In this document: positions 60,395 through 64,000 of the stretch, piece by piece
How positions within the stretch are numbered: position 1 is the stretch's first letter
How the letters are laid out: every line of letters starts with the position of its first letter
NCBI GenBank assembly: GCA_963748815.1
Contig: CAVVKJ010000005.1
Coordinates: 384,001-448,000 of the forward strand
Source of the DNA: an uncultured Gemmatimonadales bacterium
GTDB taxonomy: Bacteria > Gemmatimonadota > Gemmatimonadetes > Gemmatimonadales > GWC2-71-9
Direction: 5' to 3'
DNA length: 64,000 bases
The notes under the pieces: generated by a model
The model's input: only the letters and a program-made list of their open reading frames with translations
What the model was told of the DNA's origin: nothing
Databases searched by the model: none
Translations under genes and position numbers: made by a program

Positions 60395-61067
60395 TTAGAA
60401 CGAGTACCCGAAGCCGACCTGGTACCAGACGTTCGAGAGGTAGTTGTTGATCGCGTACGATTCGATGATGCCCGTGATCTCGTCGTAATACGGCGGCGGG
60501 TAGGCCAGGCGCCAGAACGCCCCGCGAATCTCCGCGCGGATGAACGAACGGGGGTTGACGAAGAAGCGGGTGCCGGCGAAGGGCACCCAGTAGAAGCGGC
60601 CGCCGAAATCGTAGGCGTCCGGGCCGTCGGGTGAGTCGCTCCGCCAGGCGTAGCCGAGACCGCCGCCGATGTACGGGGCGAATCCATGCCAGGTCTTGCC
60701 CCCGGTGATCGTGTACTGCACGTCGGTTTCGAACATCCAGACGGGCGACGGCAGGCTGCCGCTGACGGCGAGGTTGCCCTCCGTGTTCCGGATGACGCGC
60801 GCCCCATCCAGGTCGGCGTACTGCACCGCGAAGGAGAGCTCCAACGGTCCGCTGACGGCGATCCCGAATCGTCCGCCATAGGCAGGGCCGTCGTGCGGGC
60901 CGAGGCCGAGCCGGCCACCGGTGCCCCCGATGTAACCGAAGAGGGCGGTGAGGGACATCTTTTTCGTGATGTCCCGGTAGGGCGACTTGCTGGGCGGGTA
61001 GCCGACCTGCGCGGCCGCCGGCTGGGCGATCGCGAGCAGGCAGACGAGTGCGAGATACGTGGCGCAT
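60395..61067 (-). CDS. outer-membrane beta-barrel protein (probable indel near start)
   Basis: signal-peptide-like N-terminus; APYIGGGLG and C-terminal GFGYSF. Confidence 0.7.
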
Positions 61068-61071
61068 GCGT

Positions 61072-62628
61072 TCAGGGCTCCCGGAGGTCGCGGCCCGTCA
61101 TCTCGGGCGGCGGCGTGATGCCGAGCAGGCGCAGTACCGTCGGACCGACGTCGCGGAGCGCGCCTCCACCTCGGAGGTGGCTCGCACCGGCACGGACTGC
61201 CACCAGCGGCACAGGGTTCGTCGTGTGGGCGGTGTGCGGGCCGCCGGTGTCTGGGTCCACCATCATCTCGCAATTGCCGTGATCGGCGGTGATCAGCACC
61301 GTCGCCCCCGTCGCCTCCGCGGCGCGGAGCACCCGCCCGAGGCATCGGTCGACGGTCTCCACCGCCTCGACCACCGCCGGCATGACCCCGGTGTGGCCGA
61401 CCATGTCGGCGTTGGCGTAGTTGCACAGCACGAAGTCGTGCTCGGGCGCGCCGATGGCGCCGCACAGGACATCGGTGATGCCGTCGGCGCTCATGGCTGG
61501 CGCAAGATCATACGTGGCCACCTTCTGCGACGGCACCAGGATGCGTTCCTCTCCGCGGTACGGCACCTCGACCCCGCCATTGAAAAAGTAGGTCACGTGC
61601 GGGTACTTCTCGGTCTCCGCCGTCCGCAGCTGGGTTCGCCCGGCGTCGGCCAGGACCTCCGCCACGATCCGCGCCATAGAGAACGGCGGAAACGCCGTTG
61701 GGAACGGGAAGGTCTGGTCGTACTGCGTCATGGTGACCAGGCCGGCCAGGGCCGGGCGCACACCGGTCTCGAAGCCGTCGAACCCCTCGATGGCCAGCGC
61801 CCGGCAGATCTGTCGCATCCGGTCGCTGCGATAGTTGAAGCAGAAGACGCCGTCGCCGCTGCGAATGGGTCCCGCCGGCGCGCCGCCCCGCTCGAGGATG
61901 ATCGGCTGGACGAATTCGTCTGTTTCACCGCGACCGTAGGCGTCACGCACCGCCTGGACCGGGTCGCTTGCCGTCCGCCCCACTCCCCGCACCATCGCCT
62001 CGTAGGCGAGCCGGGTGCGATCCCATCGCTGATCCCGGTCCATCGCGAAGTAGCGCCCGGTGAGCGAACCGATGCGCGCCCGCGGGCCCGCGATCCGCTG
62101 GAGGTCGCCCTGCAGGCGCTGGACGACGTCGGCGGCGGATTTCGGCGGGGAATCCCGCCCGTCGAGGAATCCGTGGACGACAATGCCGGGCACGTCGAGG
62201 CGGACGCCGAGTTCCACCGCCGCCAGCAGGTGGGCATCGATCGCGTGGACGCCGCCCGCGCCGAGCAGTCCAAGGAGGTGCAGGGTGCCGCCGCGCTCGC
62301 GCAGCCGTTCACACAGCTCAACCAGCGGCTCAAGCCCAAAGAACTCGCCGGACTGGATGCTCGCGGAGATCCGAACCAGGTCCTGGGGCACCACCCGCCC
62401 GGCGCCCAGGTTCAAGTGGCCGACCTCGCTGTTGCCCATCTGCCCTTCAGGAAGGCCGACGGCGAGGCCGCTGGCGTCGAGCAGGGTCCGGGGTTCGCTG
62501 TCCCACAGCCGGTGCCAGACGGGGGTCCGGGCGAGCTCGATGGCGTTTCCGTCGCGCTCCGGCCGGTAGCCCCACCCGTCCAGCACCACGAGAACCACCT
62601 GGCGCGCCGGGACGCTGGCGTTTGACAT
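61072..62628 (-). CDS. gpmI: 2,3-bisphosphoglycerate-independent phosphoglycerate mutase
   Basis: LDGWG, GQMGNSEVGH, AETEKYPHVT, DMVGH and ADHGN motifs. Confidence 0.96.
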   Translation of the reverse strand: MSNASVPARQVVLVVLDGWGYRPERDGNAIELARTPVWHRLWDSEPRTLLDASGLAVGLPEGQMGNSEVGHLNLGAGRVVPQDLVRISASIQSGEFFGLEPLVELCERLRERGGTLHLLGLLGAGGVHAIDAHLLAAVELGVRLDVPGIVVHGFLDGRDSPPKSAADVVQRLQGDLQRIAGPRARIGSLTGRYFAMDRDQRWDRTRLAYEAMVRGVGRTASDPVQAVRDAYGRGETDEFVQPIILERGGAPAGPIRSGDGVFCFNYRSDRMRQICRALAIEGFDGFETGVRPALAGLVTMTQYDQTFPFPTAFPPFSMARIVAEVLADAGRTQLRTAETEKYPHVTYFFNGGVEVPYRGEERILVPSQKVATYDLAPAMSADGITDVLCGAIGAPEHDFVLCNYANADMVGHTGVMPAVVEAVETVDRCLGRVLRAAEATGATVLITADHGNCEMMVDPDTGGPHTAHTTNPVPLVAVRAGASHLRGGGALRDVGPTVLRLLGITPPPEMTGRDLREP

Positions 62629-62650
62629 GCCTCTCCGCTGTTTCTACAAT
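62622..62650 (+). promoter_or_regulatory. sigma70-like promoter
   Basis: TTGACA-17 nt-TACAAT, 8 nt before the GTG at 62659; -35 overlaps the gpmI start on the other strand. Confidence 0.6.
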
Positions 62651-62658
62651 GCTGGACA

Positions 62659-63699
62659 GTGACTTACACCGCGCCGCAATCTAGTCCCGCCCTCCGCCGC
62701 CTACCAGTCTGGGCGACTCTGACGACGCTCTGCCTCGCCGTCGTCCCGACATTGCTTCCCGCCCAGTCGCGCGTGACGCAGGCCACCTCGTTCCGGAAGG
62801 ACCCGGCCGGCACCGTGTTGGCCACCCTCCAGGCGGGAGAAGTCGTCAAGACCGGCAAGGCGCAGGGGGACTGGACCGCCGTGACGCTGGAGGGGTGGGT
62901 GTTCACCAAGTCCACCAGCGCCACCTCGCGCGACGGGTTTGACGTCGCCATCATCCCGGCCAACGGGGAGAACCTCCGGGCTGGCCCCAACGGGAGGATC
63001 CTGGCTCGGCTGGAGGCGGGGGCGCTCCTCAACAAGGTGGGCACCAAGGGGGGGTGGACCCAGGTGAGCCGCGCCGGCTGGGTCAGTACCAAGGCGCTCG
63101 CGAGCGGCTCGGCGCCGGCGCGGACCGCCGTTGCGGCGCCGGACAGCGGGGCCGCGGTGGCTACGACGGGCGGCGACCTCCCCGATCGCGTGGCGACGCT
63201 CAGGTCCACGGCGCTGACGCTGACACCCGATGGGCCGCCGATGGCCACCCTTGAATCGGGGGCGTCCGGGCAGGTCATCGGGAAGAGTGGCGAGTGGGTC
63301 CAGGTCCAGCTGCAGGGGTGGGTGCGCGAGGCCGACCTGTCCGAGCCCGCCAGCGCGGCGATTCCCGGGGTGACCGTCGCCCAGGTCCGGGCGGACCCGT
63401 CCCGGTACGTGGGCCAGCTGCTGGAGTGGCGGGTGCAGTTCATCAGCATCCAGACCGCCGATGAACTGCGCCCCGAGATTCCGAACGGCGCCAGATACCT
63501 GCTGACCCGGGGGCCCCTGCCCGAGCCGGGGTTTGTGTACGTGGTCGTGACGGCCGCCCAGCTCCCGACCTTCCAGGCCGCCCCGCCGCTGCAGGAGTTC
63601 ACCGTGCGCGGGCGGCTCCGGGCCACGCAGACGCGTTACCTGCCGACCCCCGTACTGGAGCTTGTCCAGGTGATGGATCCCAAGGGAGGGACGCCGTGA
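62659..63699 (+). CDS. secreted multi-SH3b protein with OB-like C-terminus
   Basis: signal peptide; repeats of R..P.G..LA.L..G..W..V...GWV. Confidence 0.75.
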   Translation: MTYTAPQSSPALRRLPVWATLTTLCLAVVPTLLPAQSRVTQATSFRKDPAGTVLATLQAGEVVKTGKAQGDWTAVTLEGWVFTKSTSATSRDGFDVAIIPANGENLRAGPNGRILARLEAGALLNKVGTKGGWTQVSRAGWVSTKALASGSAPARTAVAAPDSGAAVATTGGDLPDRVATLRSTALTLTPDGPPMATLESGASGQVIGKSGEWVQVQLQGWVREADLSEPASAAIPGVTVAQVRADPSRYVGQLLEWRVQFISIQTADELRPEIPNGARYLLTRGPLPEPGFVYVVVTAAQLPTFQAAPPLQEFTVRGRLRATQTRYLPTPVLELVQVMDPKGGTP

Positions 63700-64000
63700 A
63701 CGACGCGCTGAAGCAGCGAATCCAGCGAAAGCTCGAGACCCTGAGCGACGAGCGGGGCTACCAGATCCTCGATTACGTCGAGTTCCTCGAGAGCAAGTTC
63801 GCGGAGCGAGCCACCCCCACCGGCATCTTCGCCAGGATCACCGAGACGGTCGAAGACACGATGCGCGCCGGCAAGCTGCCGATCCAGGCCATCAGCGGGA
63901 CGATGGGCGTGATGGACAGCGCCGCCAAGGTGATGAAGGGGTTCGCGGCCGCGGGAAAGACGGTGGTCGACGAAGCGATGCGGGCCTCCGAGGGGCAGCC
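63696..64000 (+). CDS. hypothetical protein (3' truncated by window)
   Basis: SD GGGAGG; GTG overlaps the upstream stop; MNDALKQRIQRKLETLSDERGYQILDYVEFLESK.. stays open to the window end. Confidence 0.75.
   Translation, partial: MNDALKQRIQRKLETLSDERGYQILDYVEFLESKFAERATPTGIFARITETVEDTMRAGKLPIQAISGTMGVMDSAAKVMKGFAAAGKTVVDEAMRASEGQ

Overview
High-GC bacterial chromosomal segment. Gene order and gene families suggest Gemmatimonadota (inference). Most of the window is housekeeping: topA-trmFO-xerC-hslVU, argF, gcvT, the Fo/delta part of the ATP synthase operon, leuA-like, cstA, an NAD-type isocitrate/isopropylmalate dehydrogenase, acyl-CoA DH-etfBA-ETF:QO, Moco genes, queD and gpmI. Many conserved genes carry single-base frameshifts, most simply explained as long-read assembly indels. 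The standout is a c-di-GMP signalling locus at about 10.7-19.8 kb. In order it holds: a pseudo-receiver sigma54 activator; a diguanylate cyclase built on an [FeFe]-hydrogenase-like scaffold that has lost its H-cluster cysteines; a two-domain protein with a LeuA-allosteric-like C-terminus; a structured leader with six AGCG(G/A)(A/G)(G/C) repeats and a hairpin that hides a ribosome-binding site; an unannotated 26-aa peptide; a membrane HD-GYP phosphodiesterase with a compositionally foreign sensor domain; and a convergent BTAD-ATPase-TPR regulator. A Y1 (IS200/RAYT-like) transposase flanked by inverted REP-like palindromes follows atpH. A 28-bp AT-rich motif recurs at four sites upstream of genes.
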